A stretch of DNA of 64,000 nucleotides from Nymphaea colorata (Eukaryota). Position 1 is the stretch's first letter. Each line of letters begins with the position of its first letter. Positions 24,823 to 37,242 of the stretch are shown piece after piece. The notes beneath the pieces were generated by a model, which saw only the letters and a list, made by a program, of their open reading frames with translations, did not search any database and was not told the origin of the DNA. Both the position numbers and the translations under genes were made by a program. The DNA lies in contig NC_045138.2 in NCBI RefSeq assembly GCF_008831285.2, positions 3,410,001-3,474,000 on the forward strand. Reading direction: 5' to 3'.

Positions 24823-25276
24823 TAGGGGTGAACCACGATGGCTGGACTCGTTAAACCTTCATTCATGAATGAGTTCGAGCCGAATCATCTGCCTAACGAG
24901 TCAAGCTCGAGTTCATGAATCAACTCGTTCAAATAATTGAGTTGAGTTTGAGTTCACTGAACTCGAACTGTTAAAGCTCGACTTGGCTCGAAAATTATGT
25001 GTAGCTGACTCTTTTTCTTTTCAATTAAAAAACCAGTATATTGACGTTAATTAATTATATAAGTTTGTACAAAAGTTCATTCAAGTTTGTCGAGCTTCAA
25101 TGGAGTCGAGTTCGATTTATGGCAAAGTAATAGTTCATATATTCAAACGAGTTTGTCGAGCTCGAGCTGCTTTTGTCGAGCTATTCTCGATCTCGAGATC
25201 GATGTTTCATTAATCGAGTTGAGCTCGAGCTCGAGCTGGCTGAACTCCGTCTCGACTCGGCTCATGTTCACCCCGA
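24823..25276. mobile_element. hAT-type MITE, CTCGAG family, full length
   Basis: TIRs TAGGGGTGAAC / GTTCACCCCGA; internal CGAGCTCGAG repeats; TSD degenerate (GCCATAGG / CCCATGGC). Confidence 0.75.
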
Positions 25277-28211
25277 CCCATGGCAGGACGTAACATAATT
25301 CAGACCGATTGATTGACCATCAAATTTATGGATTCGGGATAAATTCACTTCCGGATCCAAATTCAGATGCGACCGTGCTGGGCTAAATTAATGCTTTTAC
25401 GATATAAAATTGGATAATCAGTCTCATACCCGATCTATTCGCATGCTTCCGAAGAGTTAAGTGGAGATGGATAACAGAAAGGGCAGATTCTGCCCAATCC
25501 ATTTCTGAGATTCAAATGGCTTCCACCTGATTGAGCTTCATTATACAAATCCAAAATTGGTCGAACATTATGTATGATATCAGACTACGTGATTTAAAAC
25601 CTCCATATTTTTGTTCCATCGTTTCTAAATTCAATAATTAAATACTGAAATAAGTATTGTATGCTTTATAAAATAACCACAGGGCTCGTTAAGATATGCG
25701 TTATAAGAACATGTATTCAGGCACTTTTTTTTTTTTTTTTTTCAAACGAGCCCTTTTGAGGGCACTTGACCATCCTAGATATTATTTCCCGTAGTTTGAA
25801 AGCCATATTTATTTAAATCAAAACAACCAACCACTTAACAATATCATTTATAAAGTTACCAATATTTCTTATAAACTTAAATTGGTGCCACAACCCGACC
25901 CACTGCGGGTCTACCTCGCGCTCTCAGTCCAATGAATCCCGACACGTCCGTCAATAGCTTCAGTTGGAGCCCTATAAAAGTTATGCAACGTGACAAAAAA
26001 TCAATCAGGATCCATGTTTATAATTCCCTCAAGATCTTAAATACATAATTAAACTTTCCAAACAAAAGGTCATTTGGCTCCCAACTCATCAACCATGCAA
26101 TGAGAGTTTGATTGAAGTTTTAGAAGTAAGATTTACAAGTGAACTTATATGATTGAATCGACAAATCTTTCAAACAAAAAGGATTCGTGAAGGTCATCTG
26201 GCTGCAAAGGCTCTTTGTAAATGTTATATGAATTTGCGCAAAGATCGGAGTAGATTTATCAAATAATAATACCAATGTTCCATGATAGCAACAGAATCTT
26301 TTAGGATAGTTTCATGAGACATTCACAAAGTGTTACTTAGTGCTACAAAAGAACCCTTAAATATTTTAAAAGAAATGTCTTGTAAAAAGTTATTTGGCAG
26401 AAGTAACTAGCACATTATTGTGAATTTATCTCAAAAAATGAGACAAGTTCATAAAATACTAAAACAAATATTTAATAAATTGTCGTGCCACAATCAAACG
26501 CCCCACATTGAACTGAAGCTGCATTCAAGTTTGATTGCACAATCTGCCATAGAACAGTTTGAACATCTACAGAAATTATGCTTGGATATGTTTTTGGTTG
26601 GAAGAAATAACAGATGGAAAAAGAAAAAAAATCCGGCATTCGAAGTCTCGCTAACTTTGATTTGGAATCTACTGACTTTCGGTTAGGATGATCCGGTCCA
26701 CAGTTGAGGACACAGCCGTCCCAGTAGAGTCTCACTCGTGGTGTTTTGGTAAATCCGGACGCACCAATTAGTCAAAGAAGTTTTTACGGGACAAAAGAAC
26801 ATCCCCACTTGCGTCCCCTTTTGACAGTTAATACAATAATTCTGCCCCCCTCCTTATTCAATTGGAAAACCCCAATTGTCCGGAACGCCACCGCGACGGA
26901 TTGACATTTTCAGTTCTGTCCCCCGCCCTGGCACGTGCACGTGACAGCGCGGATTCAGTGCCTGGACGTTTACACGATGAGATCTCGGCTGTCAGGGCAG
27001 TTTCGTCATTTAAGGTCTACGAGGACAGAATCGTCCATCGGTTTTGTTCCCTCCTGGCTTTGACCACCTAACTGCGGAAACCCTAATGATGATTAGCTTT
27101 GGGTTAAGCGCAGCACTGAAATCAAAGCGGTGTGATTAACGGTTAAAACCCCCAAACAGCTCTCGATTACCTTTCCCGTCCTCAAATCTCATGGAAATTA
27201 CAGAGAGGTGGCCAACTATTTCTCCGTTCGTTCTTAAAGGTGTATGTTTTTCTTTCTTTCCGGTAACCAGGGAGATGTGTTTTACTGCTTGAATGTGAGC
27301 CCAAGCACGCCTTCTTTCTTTCCTGATTGAGGCGGCATTCAGAGGTGGAGGGAGGTGTCCGACTGGACCATGGTCTCATCCTAGTTAATTCAAAAAAAAG
27401 AAATTATATTGAAAAAATTGAAAACTTTTAGTTGCGCCATGTATTGTTTGAATTCGTGTTCAGTTTGGTCACACCTGGATCCAAAGGTTGGACTGTTTGA
27501 CCCGCTCTTGAAAAAAATCATGGTTCCTCTCCTGGCAGCAGTATGAAGCTACCGATGCATGTCGGCTAATATACTAGTTTCATTTTATTAACAGGAGAAC
27601 AGAGAGACACACGTGATGCTTGAACGAACCCAGCCCCTGGCCCAAATAAGTGGGCCAACCCGTTTTTGGAAGTCCTTTTCCACTTCTACTCTTGAGAATA
27701 GAAGAAACAAACGCTTTTACATCAATTGCTGAGCCAAACATGGAGTATGCAAGAATGAGCACAAAAGAGAGTTGTATGTATCTTGTTTTATGGCTAAAAC
27801 AATTTGGTGTCGAACGAATGAAAAAAAAAAAAAAATGCAATCCGATTATAGAGAATCCCTCTCCAACTTAAAAGGGAAAACTCATGCTAATTACATAGAA
27901 TGATTATGAAATTTGATAACAAGGGATTATAATCCATGCTCTTTTTTTTCTTTTTTAGATTTAAGTAAGCCCAGTACTGATTGTGGATACGCGATCAACA
28001 TAGAATCTCATTAACATATGTACAAAACGCTTATGAATACATGGATTTTAGATTTTATGCATGATGTTTGCTTGTCTCGTAAATAATGTTATTTCTTTTA
28101 TACAACATGATACACGTATATGTTATGTCAGCTCGAACCCAAGATTTGACCCCAAGCTCAACACGATTATAAATATATATAATTATATTTAGAGTTTCAT
28201 GACCAAAGAAT

Positions 28212-28571
28212 TAGGATGGTCATTGGGTCAGATACCGGATGCATACTCGGTACTCCGCCCGTCTCAAACCCAAAAATTGGTGGCTGGGCCAGCTTGATAT
28301 GTTGTAGGGTTGGTCTAATGTAGCCTGATAACTTATGTTTAATATTATTTTTTATTATGTATATATATATATATATTATAATTAATTATATTTATGCATT
28401 ATTTTACATAAAAATATTTTTTTTTTTAAATTTTACCTGAATCAAGCCAAGTCGGGCCCAGTCTCAAGTTTCATGTAGTCAAGCCAGGCCCAAGCTGTAG
28501 CCAATGATAGTTGCTTGGCTTGAGCCCGACTCCTTATAGGCGGCGCCGCACCAGCCGCATGTTGAGCCCTA
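28212..28571. mobile_element. degenerate hAT-type MITE (GGGCC/CCCG-rich subterminal repeats)
   Basis: TAGG... start, ...AGCCCTA end, AT core flanked by CAAGCC/GGGCCC motifs; no TSD retained. Confidence 0.4.
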
Positions 28572-31103
28572 ATTAAAAGGGTTTGCAATGATCTGCTTTT
28601 TAAGAATTAGCTTCAAATGGCAATCTAAGTGAATAAAGTTAGTAAAAACATTTGAAATTGTTGGGCTTCCATGGCTATTACAATAATTAAGCTGTTAGTG
28701 AATCAAGAGATGGGGAGGGAGGGTGCTTGGGGCCCACCCTCTTTTGTAAATTTTGAAAGGATATGGGGGATTGGATCGCTATTTGCTAACTCTGGAGACT
28801 GTATTTAAGATATAAGATAAACGGACAGGTGTGCAGTCGAATATGAAGCTCCTTTTTAGCCTTTTTGTTGTATGCAACACAGGGGTATGTGCTGTCTCCA
28901 ACTTTCACTTTGACTGCGTTGCAACGGCTGTTGCTGCTGGGGCCCACTTCCTCTTCCGTTGCTGATGGGTCTCTATTGAGAGTGATACCGTTGCATAGTT
29001 GGTAAACTGTAACTCGGACTAGCAGATAACCGGGTCATGAGCCGAGTATTTAGATAACTACAATGTATTTTTGCCGCAGCTGATACAAGCGAGTCGAGCC
29101 GAGTCAGCCCAAACCTTGACTTGTGACTTGATTTGTTGGCGATCCGGCCTGACTTCAGCGATTCCCGAGTGAATTCCCGAGTCACTCGTAGAATTTGCCA
29201 AATTTGCGTTGAGGATCAAAGTAGACATATATCTTGTGATTGTGTGTGTGTTTCGGCTTTTTTTTAGGTGATAAGATGAAATACTCTTTTTGCTTTTACA
29301 AGAAAATAATGAGTTTGTATTTGTTAAACTGGTGTTTTCACGTTTGCCAGCCCAAGAACAGCTTCTCTCTTACCAAACATCAAATAATTAAGCATGATTC
29401 TATGATATGATATCGCTTGAATTTCAATCTAAGTCTAGCACTGATGCGCTTGGATCAAATTAAGTTGGATTTGGCGAAAGCTTAGATGCTGCCAATTAGA
29501 TCGTACCTGAATCGGATGATCCAAATATGACTTTTAATTTGAATCCGAACGTTGCAGTTATTTTCACGCATACATGATTCTCAATCCAACTTATAAACGC
29601 ACAACCAAATCTCAGACCGCATTATGAAATACATGTTAAGAACCGGCTACTAAAATGTTTGATTTGATACTTGAAACTGAATCCAAATCCAAATTTGGAC
29701 CCGATTATAATTATTTATCTAAAAACGAACTTGGCATCAAAGGCATGTTGCAGCCAGCCGTGAATGGTCGGTGCATGCGCACCAGCTTGATGAAAGCCTT
29801 TTCCCTGTCGACAAAAAGGGCTGCAAATTGGACAGTTGGGCTTCCCACTCATCCCTTTTTGCAGAACGTGAGAAGTTCAGGCTTTCAACTTAGCTGTAGT
29901 AGATATAATTATTTTAACTGTCGTTCAACAACAGGCTCTGCCACAACATGAATACCAATCTTAAACTCCTGCCCTTTGAATTTTTGTTCATTTGAGATTG
30001 TACCAGGCCGCTGTTTTAAATTATATATATATACATATATAGTATTTGATAAGAAAGAGAACAATGCATGTCAAATCTTCGGGGATTGTCCATTTTATTT
30101 GAAGTAATAAAATTATCATTTGTGTATGCGTTTCCCAGAAACATATATCCATTCGCAATTACTACTAGAAATCTAACTTATTTAATCATGATTCGAGGTT
30201 TCTACTGTTGGATTGTTAGTAGAACGGCGTCTGTGATCGGCTCTGAGTCTAGTCTGTGCGTGAAGAGGCAGCAGTAACACCAACTGAAAAAGGGAGCGAA
30301 AGGAAGAAGGGATAGGGCTCAGGGACACTATCCAACATTTACCGGCGACTGTGGTTCAGAAATCCACGTAACTTGTTTTAAAAAATTCTATACTTGATGT
30401 TGGGTGTTTAAATGTACATCTACCTATGTAAATCACTAGGCTTTCAGTTTATCCAGTGGGCGGAGTCAGAAGATTTTCTAGAATGACACCAATTCCTAGA
30501 TTTTCATATTTGAATGAGCACTCACTCATACATATAATGTGGAGCAAATATTTGAAATTATTAATGTTAAACTAAAGAAACATTGAGGAGCTTGGTGTGT
30601 GTGCAATTGCCTACACAAACCCATATGTGTTTGCACGATTCCATCCAAAGGATTGGATTATTAAGAAGAAAGGAATAGAAAAGCATATAGCATGGCGACG
30701 TATATAATATATTGCTACATGCGCTGCAAAAGCCAACCACGTGATCATGTTGGCAAGTCGTGCCGCTTCCAAGCATATGATCATACGTTTTTGTCCCACG
30801 CTATTTTCGCAACACAACTGGCCAACTTTTCTAGTTAGTTGTCTAAGCTTTTGTAACTAAAAAAATCGATGTTACTTCTTCTACATATATAATGGAATTC
30901 AAGTCTACTATGTTGTCAGTTGGTTAAAAAACTAAAAAGGTATTGCTAAAAAACAATTGTTAAGAGACTATTAGTGACAGTTTATAGTGCAGATAATAGT
31001 TTATGGTGCTGTTAACAGTAGCTTTATGGTTCTTGTAGTGTTAGAATTTTTAATTTTTAGTCATCCTAACATTAAGTCATATTTGAATCCTCATACATCA
31101 TAA

Positions 31104-31434
31104 TATAGTCACAAATAATGTCTTAGAGTTTTAAACGATGAGGTTTTTCTTAGGTATAATACGGTGAGCTTAAAAAAATAAAAAAATTATTGTAAATTTT
31201 TAATAAAATAAAAATAAAATAAGTTTGAAACTAATAACACAAACATCAAAACATAAGTACATTAGAAAATGAAAAAAAAAACAGTTTGACATTTAAAAAA
31301 CTGAAAAGAAGGCGAAAAAATGCATTAAAAACTTGTTTTTCTCATTTCTAATGTTTTTTAAACATATTTTTTAAATTTTTAAATGGGTAGTTAAATTATC
31401 ATTTAAAAAAAAAAACGTGTTTTCTGTAACTATG
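31104..31434. mobile_element. AT-rich MITE, CATAGTCACA-TIR family
   Basis: TATAGTCACAAATAA ... TTCTGTAACTATG; reverse-complement match to 45955-46322. Confidence 0.65.
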
Positions 31435-32520
31435 GTACATACACGTAAACACCACCTTCCGAAAGAAAAGACCCCCTCCCTCAAGAAAAATCTGGGGTCT
31501 GGTTATGCAAAACTTGAATAAAAACACTGTTTTCGCGAAACTGAGTTTCTCAAAAACTGATTTTCGTTGGTTTTTTGAATTCCGTGTTTAAGAACAAATT
31601 CACGAGAGAAATCAACTCTATAGTCTGGAAAAAATAAATCATCGAAATTGAGTGCATGAATTGAGCTTCGTGTTCCGACCCCACTTTTGATAAACTTAAA
31701 CAATGTAAAACGACTGATTTTCAATAACATTCCTCATATAAAATCAACTTGGGCATTGATTTTGACTTTTCCTTTTTTTGAGTTTAAACTTTCTGAATTC
31801 ATTTTTAAAGTAGAATACGGCTTCACAGAAAATATTAGTATCAAATCCTTGGTATATAATCTCAAAGAACGCGTTATTCTCTTCTAAAGTTGAGTTATAA
31901 TCCTTGATGGGTCCGCTTTCCTTGTCAGTTGAGAGTGCTTGGCCAGACAGCTTGAAAGGTCGACAACAACAAAACTGTCAGGACTTCCACCCACCAGTCC
32001 GTCTCTTTTCATATATATATATATATATATAACTTTCAATAGTGAGGGCAAGTGAGATGAACAGTTAGAAAGAAAAGGAAGTTGCTTGAGAAAGGCTGTT
32101 GGGGTCTTTGGACCCCATGCAACCGTACGTCAGATTCATTTCTAGTATTATATCCTCCAATCTTGAGGCCGAAGTTAGTTATGTACACCGGACGGTATAA
32201 TAACCAGAATACTCAAGTCAGTAAAAAAAAAAAAAAAAAAAAATTCTCCCTACGAGAATAAAAAAAAGTTGTAGAAATTTAAAAGTAAAAAATATATATT
32301 TCTTCTTAAAATGCCCAAAATACCCCTGATGAAATGACCCATTCTCCCCCCAGTCCTTAGAGAGAGAAACTTTTGATTTGCTTGTCTTCCGCCCATTTTC
32401 CTTCACGTTTCATTATTCATAAAATTGTATGGAGCCACGTGAATTAGGAAATCAATAGCTTTGATTAGTGTTTTACAATGACCAGATGCAACATGGGGGA
32501 CGTGAGCTACAATGACGCAG

Positions 32521-32523
<3 letters not shown>

Positions 32524-32556
<33 letters not shown>
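32524..32556. repeat. (AT)n microsatellite
   Basis: Directly visible; other (AT)n runs at ~8912, 9163, 15369, 17803, 21603 and 32011. Confidence 0.9.
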
Positions 32557-32559
<3 letters not shown>

Positions 32560-33261
32560 ATGGGATCTCAAGGGCACCCGTCAGTTGATTTAGAATTTTA
32601 TACTATCGAAGTTTTGGAACTTTTTTTTTGTGGATCCTTATTTGGATTCTTTCTTATATGAGTGAATCTTGATAGGACGTGTGATTAAATCCAGACCACA
32701 AGTCTATCTCGAATTTCTCCATTAGCATTCATGTTTAAGGAGGTCAGATATCTTGAAACGAAATACTTTTTCAGTTTATTTCCTTTATTTCCAGTTTAAT
32801 TTATTTCCAGTTTAATTTATGGCTATTTTTCCACATTCTTCTTCTTCTTCTTGTTTACCCTCATTTTAATCTAATACTGGGTTTAGGATCTAAACATCCT
32901 ATTAATTAGCGCATCATGCATTCTACTTTGAGTTTTTTCGCATCATGCTCATATTTGTACAAGTTTTGTTCACATGCATAGCTTTTCGGATAGTGAAAGT
33001 TGATATTGCACCTAGTCTTGCTAAAAATCAAGATTGCACGTTGTGTCTATTTCATGTGGATGTTTGTGAGTGAGAGATCATTGTTATGGCAGGCAGGCAA
33101 AGATACACCTCACAACTTGTTCAAAACCGATTCATGTCCACGAAAACTTTTTAGAAACAATCCAATCTCTCTCTCTCTCTCTCTCTCCCTACAAGCATAG
33201 CTGGTCTGGTTAGCGGATAGATAAAGGTCGGTCACTAATTCAATATTTTGATTCTTGTGGC

Positions 33262-33654
33262 CAGGGGTGAACAACGAGTCGAGCTCGAGTTCATGAGTCG
33301 ACTCGTTCAAATAATCGAGTTGAACTCGAACCTTAATCGAGTTTGTCGAGTTTTAATCAAGTCAATATATTCAAACGAGTTACGAGTTTGTGGAGCCTTA
33401 ATTCAGTCGAGCTCAAGCTCAGGACGTAATGATGAATATCAATTCTATTCAAACGAGTTTGTCGAGCCTTAATCGAGTCGAGCTCGAGCTGCTTCTATCG
33501 AGCTATTCTTGACCTTGAGCCGAGTCGAGCTCGAGGTTTCATTAGTCGAGCCGAGCTTGAACTGTTTTTATAGAGCTATTCTCAACCTCGAGGTTTCATT
33601 AGTCGAGTCGAGCTCGAGTTGACTGAACTCAAACTCGGCTCATGTTCACCTCTT
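33262..33654. mobile_element. hAT-type MITE, CTCGAG family, with 8-bp TSD
   Basis: TIRs CAGGGGTGAAC / GTTCACCTCTT; TSD CTTGTGGC (33254-33261) vs CTTGTGGG (33655-33662); homologous to 24823-25276. Confidence 0.8.
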
Positions 33655-34649
33655 CTTGTGGGCATTAAACATGTAAGGGGCAAATTCTCTCTCTCCACTG
33701 CCCTTGTATTTTAGTTGCTTCTTTCTTTTTGTTTTCTTCTCTAATCGAATTTTGCAAAATTGGTGACAGCTTATTATCCATTTTTGTTTTGATGTATCTT
33801 TTCATTTGATTGGCTCTCACTGATCTCTTTCAAAAAAACTGAACAGTGATACTTCGCAGTATGATATATCCTTAGAATAAAAGGCGATGATTTGATTTGA
33901 TTTGATGGTACGGTTAGTTTTAGCTTTTGTTATCTAATTATAATTTAAATCGCATCTTCTTTGAGTTTCTTGAAACTAAATTCAATGCTTTTTTTTATTC
34001 ACCAAAAATTTGATGATATCTTAACTTCGATGTATTTAACCTTACCTTCTTCGGAGAGTGCCACTTTTACTTTACCTTTACAAAAATGTAATTTTATATG
34101 TAAGATTTTATCATCTGCCAATCATGTTGAAACTTTTATCCCCCCCCCACCCCCACCCCAAAAAAAGAAAAAAAAAAAAGAAAACCTTAGAAAATTAAAA
34201 TTTCTGATAACGTATAAAGTCGTTGAAATTTGAGTTTTATACTTTTTCTACAAAATATTTCATAAAAAATTAAGATAATTATTAAAACATTAAAGAAACT
34301 AATAGGTTAATTTTTTTCATAATATTGCAAATTTTCGTTCGGATTTCTCGGTTTTCCTTTTTTTGTGTCAAGTTTCTTTACGAGTTCAGTCGATTATAGT
34401 TCATATATACATCTATGCCGCAAATTAGCATGAACTACTCCAATAGTTTTTGCACCCGCCTGTCTACTCACTTATCCAGAAATTTAGGATAGACTGGGAT
34501 ATTGTGCTAAGTTTAGGAGAACGTGTACATTATCAGGATTTGCTAAATTTTCTGACATATATTTGTGGCTGAGGGACACCAATATAAGAAACCTTGGAAT
34601 ATTTAAAAGGCACCAATATAAGTAAATTGGTCTAGAGTTGAAATTGGTT

Positions 34650-34966
34650 TTGAAAAATGGTGTTTTTTTAAAAAAAGAAAAAAAGAAAAAAATGTGTTTT
34701 TAACACTTTTTTTAGTGTTTTTCTTATTTTTTCTTTGTTTTAATGCCAAACAGTTTTTTTTTTGTATTTTTTATTTTTTATTTGTTGCAAATTTACTTTA
34801 ACAAATGTTTGTGTTATTAATTTCTTATTTATTTTATTTATTTTACTTTTTAAATTTTTAAAAAATTACCATATTTTTCTCTTTCTTCTCGTTTTTTTTA
34901 ACTCGCCCTATTATAACCGAAAAAACATCACTGTTTAAAACTTCAAAACATTATTTTTTGACTATA
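34650..34966. mobile_element. AT-rich MITE, CATAGTCACA-TIR family (left end eroded)
   Basis: TAATGCCAAACAGTTTTTT...GTTGCAAAT...TGTTTGTGTTATTAATTTC...TATTATA...TTGACTATA colinear with 45955-46322. Confidence 0.6.
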
Positions 34967-35349
34967 ATTTGAATATATGGACAGCTTGTATTTTATCATT
35001 ATTTTTTTTAATTAAGGTCCACAAAATAACCTTCACTTTTTATAAAAAAAAGGACATGATTTTCATTTCATCCATTCTGACTCATGCTTCAAGTTACTGC
35101 CGTGCTGACCCTTAGTTGACATTTAAAAAAAAATCAGAAACATGAGGCGCATATTTGAAATTAGGATGATGAGTTGTCCTCGAAACTGAAATTTCCCTGT
35201 AAATTTATCGATCTCCAGTTGTCTAGTTGGAGACTTCGTCCCCGTGAAAAGATTCATCTCTTTGTATTATCAAAATCACAGATCCAATCTGCTGGCCTGT
35301 CAATTCAGTGCAACCACTAATTCAGCAGTTTAACCGAATCGTTCATAAA

Positions 35350-36450
35350 TTGATTAAAAATCATTCATGAATATTTGTAAAAGTATAATAAATGGAAAAT
35401 GAATAAGCTTAAGGCCACTTTTAATGAATGGCTTTCTCTCAGTTGATGCCCTGTCTTCTTCAACAGTTGATTCGATGAGTTTCTTCAAATAGTTGTCAAT
35501 GGTAGGAGGTGAGAAGGCTCATTCTCTGAGAAGGAACTGGGCTGAGCACAAAGGTACAAAAGCCTCATGAGCAACCAAAATAATTGCTGATGCTGTCTTC
35601 TTTTCTTCTTCCATCCGTGTTCACTGTGTTCTACAGCAAGCTGGCTGCAGTACCACTAGTGTGTGCAGTGGGTGGAAACCATCATTTCATAAGGCTGCTC
35701 CAGCTTACTGCTCTGCATGCCCAAAAGAAAAAGAGCTTCAATGGGCCTGATGGTTGCAAACTCTTAACACTGCCACCATGATCATGACTCGTTTCCCTTT
35801 GTTAAGAACAAGATCAACGCATGATTCTTCCACCACAACTGCTGCCGAAGGTCTCCTCCCCTACGCACGGGAAAGGAAAGAAGAGCAGAAACCGTATCCC
35901 CGAACTGCCAATGAATCTAAAAGCCAACTTTAACTTTTAGCTACAGAACGAAACAAGTTAAACTGCAAAGATAGATAGTAAATAGTTTAAATGAGGAAAG
36001 ATGCATATATACGACCTCCAGAAAAGATATCAAGATTCGGCAGTGAAACTAGAGAAATATTCAAGTGTATGGGAAGAAACAAACTAAAAGAGTGAAGCTC
36101 AGCTGTATGCAACCGGGTAAAAAGGACTTCAACGTCTAGGGGAGTGTGAAGAGCGTTCAGACGAAGCATGTGCCTTGGTCGCCATGGGAAGATAAGGAAG
36201 AAAAGGCGTCGGGTGGCCCAATATTTTTTCTCATACGTACCGGCCAGCAGCGATGGACAAAGAAAAGAAAGAAAGGAAGGAAGAAAGCATGGTGGGTGGG
36301 TGTGTGTGGTGTACTTGCGCGTGCCTGTGCGTGTGTGTGTTTTGATGGGTTGTAAAGTGGAAACGTCCACATGCATTCTCTGCCATCCGCCCATGGAACC
36401 ACCTTTTCCCCTCTGCCCTTTTTCTGTAAACTGTGCTTTTGTTTATAATT
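35350..36450 (-). ncRNA. candidate spliced non-coding or small-ORF transcript (unrecognised)
   Basis: Minus-strand TATAAA (~36442-36447), donor CCG|GTACGT (36240), strong acceptor CTTTCCTTTCCCGTGCGTAG (35861), minus-strand-specific stem 35633-35711, AT-rich 3' end. No known miRNA or protein recognised. Confidence 0.3.
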
Positions 36451-36905
36451 CCCTTTTTCTTCGAAAACAACAACGCCAGAAGGACGGGTCCATGGTCGCT
36501 TGACTCGACCACCCTTACAGCATAGCCACAGCTTCGATGTCTGATGCCCAAGCTTGCTGCTGCTGCGCATTTTTCTGAAAGAATCGGTGTGGGAAAGGAA
36601 GGAGGCCTTGCTTGATCCAACACTCATGGATGAATGAGATGACAGCACGGTTTTCAGAGAGGACTGGTGTTAGCTCGGAAAAGAAATGACCACCATGTGG
36701 CCTCTTGTAGAGGATCTAGAGGCCCCCGTCTTCTCCGGGTGAAAGATTCCCGGGATAGAACAAGAATGGCAATCAAACATGTTTACGGCCGTGTAAATTT
36801 CAGTCTCTGTGATGTGCTTTTCTAATGAAACAGCACAGCAAAGTGGGGCCTTATCTATTGTTGGGCTACCATTATATCCTATCCTTGGGTACAAGCGAAA
36901 ATCTA

Positions 36906-37242
36906 TCAGCCTCCCCATTCAGGTCACAGTTCGGATCGAACCCAGATCCGGTTCAACAAATCCAGATCCGGTCCTGGATAGGCCAGGTACAAGTACAACC
37001 ATATCGAAGTTAAGATAAAAATCAGGAGGAGTACCTTTTTTTCCTTCTTTTTAGAGTAGGGACATCAGTCTGTATGAGCCGACCTTTCAAGGGGGCCATA
37101 TCGGCCACCATATCACGTCAGCAGCCGTCCAAGGCAGTGCATAAAGTGGGAAGGGAAATAATATCCGGGCAACATCAGCCTACCCATTCAGGTCGCAGTT
37201 CGTATCCAACCCAGATCCGGTTCAACAAATCCAGATCCAGTC
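36906..37242. repeat. dispersed direct repeat, two ~68-bp copies ~268 bp apart
   Basis: ATCAGCCTCCCCATTCAGGTCACAGTTCGGATCGAACCCAGATCCGGTTCAACAAATCCAGATCCGGTC (36906-36973) vs ATCAGCCTACCCATTCAGGTCGCAGTTCGTATCCAACCCAGATCCGGTTCAACAAATCCAGATCCAGTC (37174-37242). Confidence 0.85.

Noticed and set aside
27077..27090. AAACCCTAA as a possible telomerase RNA template
   Set aside because: No properly spaced USE+TATA, no G-rich 5' end or C-rich 3' end typical of land-plant TRs
24823..33654. Regularly recurring CTCGAG/GAGCTC motifs resembling a CRISPR-like array
   Set aside because: Irregular spacing, no unique spacers, enclosed by TIRs/TSDs: MITE subterminal repeats in a plant genome
35705..35730. 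Partial match to miR528 (GGGCATGCAGAG.AG on minus)
   Set aside because: 5' seed region does not match and there is no star arm; probably chance
36157..36648. 163-aa minus-strand ORF
   Set aside because: Non-ATG start in the track, runs through simple repeats and the putative promoter/intron, no recognisable domain
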